A stretch of DNA of 64,000 bases from a virus, in the IMG/VR virus record IMGVR_UViG_3300017991_000062, positions 1 to 64,000 of that record; one strand, 5' to 3'. The translations under genes were made by a program, and so were the position numbers. Numbering within the stretch: position 1 is the stretch's first letter; each line of letters opens with the position of its first letter. Below, in pieces: positions 18,901 to 26,809 of the stretch. The notes under the pieces are model-generated. The model made no database searches. It saw nothing but the letters and a program-made list of their open reading frames with translations, and was not told the DNA's origin.

Positions 18901-19687
18901 GAAGCAGGACTTCGAGCTGCTCTACCTACGCAAGAATCAGTTCGCGATGGGGTGGGGCAACGACCAGGTGTTCGCAGGCGTCCCGACGACCGGCGACAAG
19001 GCCGAGCAGATCGAGGCGATGGTCAAGGCGTTCAAGAAGAAGCTCGGCCGCGACCCCCGCAAGATGCCGGGGTACAACCCGAACCCTCACTACTATAGCA
19101 GCGACGGCAACGGCATCGTCCGCTTCCAGCGGTTCGACATCTCGGATGCCGACCTTAAGAAGGCCAACCTCCAATTCGTCTCCGAGGTAACCGGCAGCGA
19201 GGACGCAGCATCGCTCTTGCTCAAGGTCATCGACGGCGAGACCGGCGGCCTCATCGCGACCGAGGAGAAGATCCGGCGCGGCATCCCGATCTCCGGGATG
19301 TCGCCTGTCGCTGACCAGTCGACCGGCGGTGCGCAGTTCGTGTTCACCAGGGCGCGGCGCAAGGCGAGGGTCAGTGGCCGGAACCGAATCGTGATGAGGA
19401 ACGACCTCGCACGCGACACGAACCTGGTGTCTTACAACGGTGACAAGTACGGTCGCATGGACTCGGCATTCAAGGAGCGCAACCGGGCCAAGGATCTGAA
19501 GGGCATCGAGGGACATATCGCGCGCCACGACAACGAGACGCTCTTCAAAAACGAGGTGCCCCTGGAGCAGTGGGACCACATCACCGTTTCGGCCGCGCAG
19601 AAAAAGACTCTGCTCGCAGAGCTGAAGGCGCGTGGTGTCACGCGCATCGCTGGCAAGCCGGTCAACCAGTTCGTACAGGCGAGGTGA
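15986..19687 (+). CDS. MuF (SPP1 gp7-like) minor head protein with kinase-like and additional C-terminal domains
   Basis: MuF: AVLDNRTSDVCRMMHG...PPYHFRCR; kinase: WMFKP...E...DWLIGNNDGHLDN...IDRG. Confidence 0.85.
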   Translation: MALPVQTDAVGDLLHRMTDEQLFVAKAQAREALVLARVIKVADAYLAVEEDLGKLLVGHWDDKGAALVKKGASELAKAQEGKIVQSTLYENLLKLKKQMGKEFGEEMLPHLIRSSLLVWSMSSKETMGRLQLKWSTDLVDKKAAAQLSKHHAYWIGNHYNTSISESLRLATKEVILDGGLAGTQAAKAYRDITTEYLAGKGKKYPGVPPGFKGTTDDYFAGVSNHVGTQARVFSRMESYQRVGITTYRIVAVLDNRTSDVCRMMHGQTFTVEQGMKTAGVWTQGIVHPEVVKKQAGWMRPADIAKTAGIAYTPGATSPKMSAKGIDALAEKGQALPPYHFRCRTDVISSGEYTSFPTGSEPKTKPVKPPKKDPPKPPPAAPTPPAKAPGAFPWAMTDMTPVQKSAKGMHSKQFFTDPNGDEWMFKPAPEGLKFRAEVEKLAADAARAIGVDTADVYVVSHRGKAGTIQRLFKDVKHDGLGNVGVNGLSQKQVADLQRQHVLDWLIGNNDGHLDNFLVLKNGKLVGIDRGQAFRYFKTDKLALDYNPNAKYGIEVFYNRFFAAARDGKLRKGVQMLGMDSPEIQALLKQVGSVSDDEWLAIWKPYIDGALKNQRLAYGSRKAFEAELLRRKNELAGDLGEFYRKILGEAAKPAPRVSAPAAAQGKAMTPVDAKFVKAMRDSKNRGRSILVSTERVENGNLLVYTYDDGTVVVEGKLRAGVGDRTAQKRLLGSEAKAKAPPPSTPGSGTDGYWDEALTYIKHVNYHLGPGGDGVLSGAKNKSFEAFMELLEDISKSKTATSAEKAAARYYKKKLKIYGDENGGFFTEEKLKSTAVGKKIDPYKPKPKATKPKPKAAPGESNGMSPRVKSSKVTQMGEESREIVDGSIVNHHGTMSPSAYGGSREIDRMIVATLDDGTEITYIPHDGYKQGQAYSRQGRFRIKVRGKAGKPASKEQVEQAVAALDDLGVNTRLMTKQDFELLYLRKNQFAMGWGNDQVFAGVPTTGDKAEQIEAMVKAFKKKLGRDPRKMPGYNPNPHYYSSDGNGIVRFQRFDISDADLKKANLQFVSEVTGSEDAASLLLKVIDGETGGLIATEEKIRRGIPISGMSPVADQSTGGAQFVFTRARRKARVSGRNRIVMRNDLARDTNLVSYNGDKYGRMDSAFKERNRAKDLKGIEGHIARHDNETLFKNEVPLEQWDHITVSAAQKKTLLAELKARGVTRIAGKPVNQFVQAR

Positions 19688-19690
19688 GGG

Positions 19691-20119
19691 GTGGGGAGCT
19701 ACACGAGCCGCGGTCGCAAGGTGAAGCCGGATACGGCAGCCGAGCACTTCGAGGAGCTGATGGGCCGCTTCGGTGGCATCATGGTCGAGCCGTTCTACGT
19801 GGGCGACGACGGCACCGAGCAGCCTATCACCGGCCCGACACCCTCGGCGTGGGCCAAGCTCGATCCCGGGCTGAAGCGCCTCGGGTGGTCGTGGGGTTCC
19901 AGCGCTCACCGGGTCGATTGGTTCGAGGCCAGGGTGGACGACGGCGACCTCCTGCTCATCGGCCCGAGCGACAACGAGGGCGAGCGATTGACTGGGGTGC
20001 TCATCTCGGGCATCCTCTTCGACGACGACCAGGCCATCCTGAAGCGGGGGAAGCGGCAGCTCGGGGAAGTGGGGCAAGCCAAGGCCGAGGCCCAGGTCGA
20101 CGAGGTGATGCGTGGCTAG
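19691..20119 (+). CDS. hypothetical protein (candidate MuF immunity/partner)
   Basis: directly downstream of muF; acidic. Confidence 0.5.
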   Translation: MGSYTSRGRKVKPDTAAEHFEELMGRFGGIMVEPFYVGDDGTEQPITGPTPSAWAKLDPGLKRLGWSWGSSAHRVDWFEARVDDGDLLLIGPSDNEGERLTGVLISGILFDDDQAILKRGKRQLGEVGQAKAEAQVDEVMRG

Positions 20120-20471
20120 GAAGTACACCGTCGTCTACCTCCAGCGCATGAACGGCGCCGACGTGTACACCATCGGCGGTTTCGGTTTCGCTGGCGACGA
20201 GGTGGTCATTCTTCCGGCGCCAGGCTTCGAGAACGAAGCTGCCGACTGGAGCCGGCGTCTGACCACGGCCATCCAGCACGGCACATCGCCTCGCGAGTTC
20301 TACGAGGCGTGGGATGAGCGCAACGGGGTCACCTACGGCTTCGGCCCACCCGACAGCGTCAAGGCCGGCAACGTGGTCGAGGCCACCCGGCAGGTGATGG
20401 AGCGCCACCCCGAGATCGGCAGTCAGTTCAACTGGGCCACTGCGCAGGCCCAGGCCCAGGAGGAAAGATGA
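20112..20471 (+). CDS. hypothetical protein (candidate MuF immunity/partner)
   Basis: overlaps the upstream gene; GAGG RBS. Confidence 0.5.
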   Translation: MARKYTVVYLQRMNGADVYTIGGFGFAGDEVVILPAPGFENEAADWSRRLTTAIQHGTSPREFYEAWDERNGVTYGFGPPDSVKAGNVVEATRQVMERHPEIGSQFNWATAQAQAQEER

Positions 20472-20656
20472 GCGAGCGACACCCATCACGGCCGGACCCG
20501 ATGCCCGAGCTGGAAGAGCTGTACCTCGCTGGTCGGCTGACCGAGGCGCAGTTCCAGAAGCGACTCCTTGCCGAGCACACCCTCGAAGGCGCCGACCGGC
20601 TGCGGAAGCGGTGGGCTGCTCGCAAGGCCACCCTGGACAAGGAGGCCCAGTCGTGA
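20468..20656 (+). CDS. small hypothetical protein
   Basis: 4-nt overlaps on both sides. Confidence 0.5.
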   Translation: MSERHPSRPDPMPELEELYLAGRLTEAQFQKRLLAEHTLEGADRLRKRWAARKATLDKEAQS

Positions 20657-21285
20657 AGATCAAGGATGTGAAACCCGCGGTGCTGCGCGAGGTGTCGGAC
20701 AAGGAGCTGCTTTCCCTGCACCTGCGCACTCACCAGCTCTACGGCGCGAACTTCGGGCCGGACGCACCTGCCGGCCGCGGCTACAAGGACGACAAGGGTG
20801 TCGACGCAGTGGATGGGCTGCGGCTCTCCGACGACGGCGCCCTCGCCATCTGGAAGGGCGCTGCGAAGGTGGTGCGGCTGCGCGAGCGCCTGGGCAACTT
20901 CGGGCGGCCGTTCTTCCTCCTGTCGCCGAGCTATGCCTACGGCATCATCCGGCTCGGCAAGCCGCGCAAGGACAGCAACGACTATCCGGTCGAGTACTTC
21001 CGCGGTTTCAAGGTGCCCCTGAAGTACGAGGCGACGGGCGACGGCACCATCCCGCAGAAGGTGGCCATCGTGGGCGAGGAGAAGATGAGCCTGGAGGACC
21101 TGGTTCACGCCCACCTGTTCATCAAGGAGGAGATGGAGCGGCGCAAGCTCGACCACAACCGGGTGAGCGAGCTGGACGACGAGAAGCTGCCCACGGCCAA
21201 GGCCGCCGAGGTGCTCCTGGACCGCGAGCTGACATTCTGGGCTGCCGGTGAGGAAGGCGAGGTGCTCGATGTGGACAGTGCGTAA
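20653..21285 (+). CDS. His-containing helical domain with inserted ASCH/PUA-like segment (putative)
   Basis: SDKELLSLHLRTHQL...HAHLFIKEEMERRKLDH flanking GLRL..ALAIWKG...YGIIRLGKP...FKVPLKY. Confidence 0.5.
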   Translation: MKIKDVKPAVLREVSDKELLSLHLRTHQLYGANFGPDAPAGRGYKDDKGVDAVDGLRLSDDGALAIWKGAAKVVRLRERLGNFGRPFFLLSPSYAYGIIRLGKPRKDSNDYPVEYFRGFKVPLKYEATGDGTIPQKVAIVGEEKMSLEDLVHAHLFIKEEMERRKLDHNRVSELDDEKLPTAKAAEVLLDRELTFWAAGEEGEVLDVDSA

Positions 21286-21649
21286 GGTTGTCGAGTTCGA
21301 TTCCGCTCACCACCTGCCGGACCACCCCGGGAAGTGCAAGCGCCTCCACGGCCATCGCTGGAAGGTCGTGATTGAGGTGGCCGCGGCCGAGCTGGACGGC
21401 GAGGGCATGGTCTGCGACTTCGGCGAGCTGGGCCGCCCCGTCAAGGAGCTGGACCACGCCTACCTCAACGACGTACCCCCATTTGACACGACCCCTCCCA
21501 CGGCCGAGAACCTCGCGAAGTGGGTGGTCGACCAGGTGCGTCCGCTGGTGCCGAACGCCTGCCGGGTGATGGCCACCGTGAGCGAGACGCCGGGCAACGA
21601 TGCCTCGTTCCTGTGGGTGCGCGACTTCTGCGAAGCTGGCCTGCCGTGA
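21269..21649 (+). CDS. queD: 6-carboxytetrahydropterin synthase
   Basis: FDSAHHL, CKRLHGH, DFGEL, LDHAYLND, PTAENLA, SETP. Confidence 0.95.
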   Translation: MWTVRKVVEFDSAHHLPDHPGKCKRLHGHRWKVVIEVAAAELDGEGMVCDFGELGRPVKELDHAYLNDVPPFDTTPPTAENLAKWVVDQVRPLVPNACRVMATVSETPGNDASFLWVRDFCEAGLP

Positions 21650-22254
21650 CCCGGGGCAAGCTCTACCAAGTGGCCGACTGCTTCTACTCGCTCCAGGGCG
21701 AGGGCGGCCGGGCCGGCGCGCCGTCTGTCTTCCTGCGCTTCGCGGGGTGTAACCTGCACTGCACGAAGGCGACGGCCGGCTTCGACTGCGATACCGACCA
21801 TCAGGCGAACCTGCTCCTGCCCCTGGGCGGTGTGGTGCAGGTGGTCAAGGTGGCCGACCTGGGCGACTGCGGGTGGGTGGTGCTGACCGGTGGCGAGCCC
21901 GCGCTTCAGCTCGACACCGAGCTGGTCGAGGCACTCCACGGAGCCGGCTATCGCCTGGCGGTGGAGTCCAACGGCACCCTCTCCCTTCCTGACGGCATCG
22001 ACTGGGTGACGGTGTCGCCCAAGCGAGGCTCGGGGCCGCTCGCCGCCCGCAACGCGACCGAGGTCAAGGTGGTGATGCAGGCCGGCGACCCGCTGCCCGA
22101 GTGCGACATCGAAGCTGACTACTACTACTTGAGCCCGGCCCACGATGGCGACCAGATCGACCAGGCCGCGCTCGATCACTGCGTTCGGCTGTGCCTTGAG
22201 AACCCGAGGTGGAAGCTCTCGACGCAGCAACACAAGGCATGGAGGATCAAATGA
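21646..22254 (+). CDS. queE: 7-carboxy-7-deazaguanine synthase (radical SAM)
   Basis: [19 protein letters not shown]...[26 protein letters not shown]. Confidence 0.95.
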   Translation: MTRGKLYQVADCFYSLQGEGGRAGAPSVFLRFAGCNLHCTKATAGFDCDTDHQANLLLPLGGVVQVVKVADLGDCGWVVLTGGEPALQLDTELVEALHGAGYRLAVESNGTLSLPDGIDWVTVSPKRGSGPLAARNATEVKVVMQAGDPLPECDIEADYYYLSPAHDGDQIDQAALDHCVRLCLENPRWKLSTQQHKAWRIK

Positions 22255-22820
22255 CGGGGGAACAGCGGCAGGAGGCCGAGGCGCTGGTGCGGCGGATGCT
22301 GGAGCTGATTGGGGACGACCCAGAGCGACAGGGGCTCAAAGATACCCCGGCGAGGGTGGTGCGGTCGTGGACGGAGCTGTTCGGCGGCTACAGCGAAGAT
22401 CCGGCCGACCTGGTGCGAACCTTTGACACCACCTACGACCAGATCGTCGTCTGCGAGGGCATCGACTACTTCTCCACCTGCGAGCACCACCTGCTCCCGT
22501 TCCACGGCCACGCTCACGTCGCCTACCTGCCCCAGGAGAAAGGTCGCGTGCTCGGGCTGTCGAAGATGGTGCGCATCGTCCAGGTGTACGCCCGGCGGCT
22601 TCAGATCCAAGAGCAGATGACCGAGCAGATCGCCGAGGCGATTCAGTCAGCTATCGACCCCAAGGGTGTCGCCGTGGTGGTCGAGGGGCAGCACCTCTGC
22701 ATGATGGCTCGCGGGGTGAAGCAGGCCCACGCGACGATGAAGACTTCTTGCCTCCTCGGGGCGTTCCGTGATGATATGGCGGCACGAGCCGAGGTGCTGT
22801 CGCTCCTGGGCGTGCGGTAG
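22251..22820 (+). CDS. folE: GTP cyclohydrolase I
   Basis: [38 protein letters not shown]. Confidence 0.97.
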   Translation: MTGEQRQEAEALVRRMLELIGDDPERQGLKDTPARVVRSWTELFGGYSEDPADLVRTFDTTYDQIVVCEGIDYFSTCEHHLLPFHGHAHVAYLPQEKGRVLGLSKMVRIVQVYARRLQIQEQMTEQIAEAIQSAIDPKGVAVVVEGQHLCMMARGVKQAHATMKTSCLLGAFRDDMAARAEVLSLLGVR

Positions 22821-22828
22821 GAGGCGTC

Positions 22829-25681
22829 ATGGGCTACGGCGTGAAGGACTTCCACTACTACTTCGCGGTCGACCGAGCCGACTACCGCAAGTTCGGGCAC
22901 CTGCTCCAGGGTGGCGACATTCTGGTCAGCTACGTGTACCTCCGAGAGGCGGCCGACAAGAAAGGCGAGTTCCTCGCGGACGTGAAGGCCCACAAGGGCC
23001 GGGTGATGCTGGACAGCGGCGGCTTCACCAACTTCTTCACGCCTGGCAGCGTCAAGTTCAAAGACTGGGCCGACTTCGTGAAGTCGAACCAGAGCTGGCT
23101 CGATGAGGTGGTGCAGTTCGACGACCTCAAGAGCAGGCGCAAGACGCTCGACTTCTACGACGAGGCCATCAAGCTCGGGCTCGACCCGCTGTTCGTGGAC
23201 CACCTGCGCTTCCACACCGAGAAGGATCGGGCCGGGAAAATCTGGAAGGCCAAGCCCAAGGTCTGCATCGCCGGCTTCGGCAAGGCCAAGCCCGACCAGG
23301 ACAAGAAGAGCCCGGTGTATGACGCGAAGCGGCTGCACGAGGCGTTCGTGCAGGGCCGCGAGGTGAAGACCGTCGTGCACATGCTCGGCGTCGGCAGCAT
23401 CAAGAAGTTCCTCCCGTGGCTCGACGTCATCCACAGCGTCGACTCGGCGAGCTGGGACAAGGCTGCGGCGTTCGGGAAGGTGCTGGTGCTCCAGGCGGAG
23501 GATCTGGGCGACGGTATCAAGATCCCGATCCTGAAGAACTACACCTACCCCGGCAACCCGCGGCGCACCGACCACCCGATCCCGCGCGAGCAGATGGACG
23601 CCGACTGGAACGGGCCGGTGAAGCGGCTCAAGCTCGACAAGTGGTCGGTCACGCAGCGGGCCAAGGGCGTCACCATCTACCACATGAAGCGCTATGTGGA
23701 GGCGGTGCGCAAGCTCGACCCGGTGAAGCTGACGAAGCAGCTCGAAGAGCTGCGCGCGGCCAAGGCCGAGGCGGGCTCGACCAGTTACTTCTTCCTCGGT
23801 GACGACTTCTGGTACGAGCCCGACCCGACGCCCGTGGCCAAGGACGACGGCGAGCAGCTCGACCGCGGCGAGGTCATGGGCCACCTGGAGCAGGCCGGTT
23901 CCTTCGTGGTGGTGCCCGGCTTTGTGTCGCTGGTCGGTTCGACGCTGACAGGCCAGGACGGTGACCCGGCCAAGGACGTCGACCTGCTCGTTCGCGCTGA
24001 CGAGGTGGACCCCAAGGTGGCGGTGAAGCTGGAGCGCCTGTTCCCGCCCGAGATGCAGGGCAAGGTCCACGTCGTCGGCGATGCCCAGGGCCCGAACTGG
24101 AAGCACCTGCCACTCTACGACCTGGTCGCCCGCAAGCGGGAGAAGCTGGTCGCAGTGGAGGTCGATGAGCCCGACTACCAACCCTTCCCGACGCAGCCTG
24201 GCGCTGGACGCCCGAACCTGACCAAGGTGGTGAAGCAGGGCACCGACCTCGACCCTGCCGAAACCGAGCTGACCCGGGAGGAGGCGCGCGAGCTGACGGA
24301 GGCGGTGCAGGGCGACCCCTACCAGGTGGAGCAGAAGGGGAAGCGGAAGTACCGCTTCGTCCTTCAGCACCACTACCGCGGCTTCTGGAGCGAGGACGAG
24401 CGGAAGCAGATCCGGTCGATGCTGCGTCAGGCCCAGGCCGCGGCCAAGGCCGGCGACACGAAGAAGGCCGAGGGGCTGCTCAATGGGGTGTGGTCCGACT
24501 TCAAGCCGGTGCGCCTCAAGTCCGACATCGACGCGGTGAAGACCGCTGCCCAGGCTGCCGAGGATGCGAGCGACGGCAACGTCGGCGCGGCCGTGCGGCG
24601 CAATCTGACCTCCGACGTTCCCGGGCTGGACAAGCTGGCCGGTGTCGAGGGCAGCATCGTCAACCTCGGCAACGTCCACACCGACCTGCGGATGGAGAGT
24701 CCGGCCGGTAAGTGGCTCGTTGGCTGGACGCTGGACACCCCCAAGGTCGCGCTCCAGACGCTCGACGGCAAGGCGCACAACCTGCTCCGCTGCAAGGTGA
24801 TGGACAACCGCGAGGGCGACAACATCGTCGCGCAGCGCAAGCTCGTCCAGCCGGTGTCGTGGCTCACCATCGTCAGCAAGGAGAAGCCCGTCGTGACGAC
24901 GGCGCCAGGCGAGGCCGGCTCGACTGCCGGCACCACTGGTGAGTTCCACTACGTCGACTCGGGCGAGGTCATCTTCGGCGTGCAGAAGACCGACTTCCAC
25001 GAGTACTTCCTCTTCCCCAAGTCGGGCAAGTGGGGCGGCCGGTGGGGCATCCAGATCGTGGAGGGGAAGCCCGACTATGAGAAGGCGCCCGGCGAGTTCT
25101 GGATGGCCAACCGGCCCGCGAAGACGCAGGAGCCGTACATCCAGACCCACGACCGGAAGAAGGAGGAGGCCAAGGCCAAGGAGGACGGGGTCGACGTGGT
25201 GTGGAACCCCGACACCGTGCCTGCGCTGCGGGCTGCCGGCTACAAGCCGCTCAAGGACGAGGTGAAGAAGGACGCGGACGACGTGGTGCGCGTCGCCCTC
25301 CAGGTTCCCATCGCGAAGGTTGCCAAGGAAGAGCGATACGTCATGGGAATCGTGATGGTCCCGGAGGCCACCGACGCCCACGGCGAGAAGGCCACGGCCA
25401 AGGAGATCCGGGAGGCCGCTCACAAATTTCTTGTCAGCGGAGCGAAGATCGGGTATCAACATCAAGAGATCCCAGGTGGCCTAGTACTGCTGGAGAGTTA
25501 CCTTGCCCCGGTCGAATTCAAGCTCGGTAACAAGACCATCCCGAAGGGGACGTGGCTCATGGCCGTGCGGGTCAATAACGATGAGGTCTGGAAAGAGGTC
25601 AAGGCCGGACGCATCACTGGGTTCAGCATCGAGGGCTACGCGAAGAAGGTCCCGCTGAAGCCGAAGCCGAAGGAGAGCTGA
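22829..25681 (+). CDS. polyprotein: TGT/DpdA-like transglycosylase + Pol-beta nucleotidyltransferase + LigD-type 3'-phosphoesterase + XkdF-like prohead protease
   Basis: VMLDSGGF / VHMLG / SVDSASW (aa ~1-297); VSLVGS...KDVDLLVR (aa ~343-445); FVLQHH...HTDLRME...GWTL (aa ~508-775); GIVMVP..DAHGE...H...ESYLAP...GTWL...GFSIEG (aa ~834-950). Confidence 0.8.
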   Translation: MGYGVKDFHYYFAVDRADYRKFGHLLQGGDILVSYVYLREAADKKGEFLADVKAHKGRVMLDSGGFTNFFTPGSVKFKDWADFVKSNQSWLDEVVQFDDLKSRRKTLDFYDEAIKLGLDPLFVDHLRFHTEKDRAGKIWKAKPKVCIAGFGKAKPDQDKKSPVYDAKRLHEAFVQGREVKTVVHMLGVGSIKKFLPWLDVIHSVDSASWDKAAAFGKVLVLQAEDLGDGIKIPILKNYTYPGNPRRTDHPIPREQMDADWNGPVKRLKLDKWSVTQRAKGVTIYHMKRYVEAVRKLDPVKLTKQLEELRAAKAEAGSTSYFFLGDDFWYEPDPTPVAKDDGEQLDRGEVMGHLEQAGSFVVVPGFVSLVGSTLTGQDGDPAKDVDLLVRADEVDPKVAVKLERLFPPEMQGKVHVVGDAQGPNWKHLPLYDLVARKREKLVAVEVDEPDYQPFPTQPGAGRPNLTKVVKQGTDLDPAETELTREEARELTEAVQGDPYQVEQKGKRKYRFVLQHHYRGFWSEDERKQIRSMLRQAQAAAKAGDTKKAEGLLNGVWSDFKPVRLKSDIDAVKTAAQAAEDASDGNVGAAVRRNLTSDVPGLDKLAGVEGSIVNLGNVHTDLRMESPAGKWLVGWTLDTPKVALQTLDGKAHNLLRCKVMDNREGDNIVAQRKLVQPVSWLTIVSKEKPVVTTAPGEAGSTAGTTGEFHYVDSGEVIFGVQKTDFHEYFLFPKSGKWGGRWGIQIVEGKPDYEKAPGEFWMANRPAKTQEPYIQTHDRKKEEAKAKEDGVDVVWNPDTVPALRAAGYKPLKDEVKKDADDVVRVALQVPIAKVAKEERYVMGIVMVPEATDAHGEKATAKEIREAAHKFLVSGAKIGYQHQEIPGGLVLLESYLAPVEFKLGNKTIPKGTWLMAVRVNNDEVWKEVKAGRITGFSIEGYAKKVPLKPKPKES

Positions 25682-25682
25682 C

Positions 25683-26732
25683 GTGTCCGACAAGGAAGCC
25701 CACACAGAACTTCGCGACATCCGGGTCACGAACGTCGACCTGGTGGACCAAGCTGCGAACGAGCAGAGCTTCGAGGTAGTCAAACGGAAGGAGGGCCGTA
25801 GCATGGCCGACAAGACCAAGGTGCGCAAGGACGCGGAGACCGAGGAGGAGCAGGTCGCGGAGGAGGTCGCCAGCGGCGCCGACACCGACACCAGCACCGA
25901 CACCGACACGGACACCGAGGCCGGGGCCGGCGGCGACTCCGATGGTGGGGAGGACAACTCCGAGGGCGACGACGCCACGCCCGTCGAGAAGGCGACCGCC
26001 GCGATGGTGGACCTCGTCGGCAAGCTGGAGGGCGTGCTCGACAGCCTGGTCGACAAGGGCAAGAAGGAGACCAAGGCCGAGGGCGAGGAGGACGAGGAGG
26101 AGACCGGCAAGACCAAGAAGGCCGAGCCCGCGGCGATGGTCAAGGCGTGCCTCGACAAGCTCTCCAAGATGGAGGACCTGCCCGAGGCGGCCAAGAAGCT
26201 CGTCGCCGACGCGGTCGACGCCCTGGCCAAGATGGGCGACGACTACCCCTCGGCCGCCGAGAAGGAGAAGGCCGAGAAGAAGAAGGCCGAGGAGAAGAAG
26301 AAGGCCGAGGGCGAGGACGACGAGGACGGCGAGGTCGCCAAGGCCGGCCGGAAGATCAGCGCCAAGAACGTCAAGGTCCTCCAGGCCGCGGCCGACTCCC
26401 TGGGCAAGGCCACCGAGGCGCTCACCGGCATGCTCAAGGAGGCCAAGGGCGGCGACGACGAGGAGGAGACCGGCAAGACCAAGAAGTCGGCCGACGCCTC
26501 CGACGCCGAGACCGAGGCCCTGGTCAAGCTGACCAAGGCGGCCGACACGCTGGTCGACGGCGTGGGCAAGCTGGCCAAGCGGCTCGACGACATCGAGGCC
26601 GGCGTGGGCATCACCAAGTCGCTCGGCGACGACGAGGGTGACGACACCAAGGTCGAGAAGTCGGGCGTCTGGACCGGCGAGGGGTCGAGCCTGGCGCTCG
26701 TCCCGCCGGGCTTCGGCGGCGCCAAGAAGTAG
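25683..26732 (+). CDS. capsid scaffolding protein with N-terminal protease-like strand
   Basis: acidic coiled-coil protein preceding the MCP; N-terminal VTNVDLVDQAAN; second strong start at 25803. Confidence 0.75.
   Translation: MSDKEAHTELRDIRVTNVDLVDQAANEQSFEVVKRKEGRSMADKTKVRKDAETEEEQVAEEVASGADTDTSTDTDTDTEAGAGGDSDGGEDNSEGDDATPVEKATAAMVDLVGKLEGVLDSLVDKGKKETKAEGEEDEEETGKTKKAEPAAMVKACLDKLSKMEDLPEAAKKLVADAVDALAKMGDDYPSAAEKEKAEKKKAEEKKKAEGEDDEDGEVAKAGRKISAKNVKVLQAAADSLGKATEALTGMLKEAKGGDDEEETGKTKKSADASDAETEALVKLTKAADTLVDGVGKLAKRLDDIEAGVGITKSLGDDEGDDTKVEKSGVWTGEGSSLALVPPGFGGAKK
26091..26486 (+). repeat. 30-nt exact direct repeat (DEEETGKTKK) in the scaffold gene
   Basis: GACGAGGAGGAGACCGGCAAGACCAAGAAG at 26091-26120 and 26457-26486. 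Confidence 0.85.
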
Positions 26733-26809
26733 TCAACCGCCGCGAAGGACGCGGTGCACCACAACGGACCCAGTGGGGTAACAGGGTCAGGAAGAGGAGG
26801 GACGAGACA

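Noticed and set aside
22643-25465. Very long antisense ORFs (also 38899..41655, 14053..16104, 7611..9521)
   Set aside because: Shadow frames of high-GC3 genes on the opposite strand; no motifs or RBS
25880-25920. GACACC tandem-like repeats in the scaffold gene, and AAGGCC runs near 28910
   Set aside because: Explained by low-complexity Asp-Thr and Lys-Ala coding sequence
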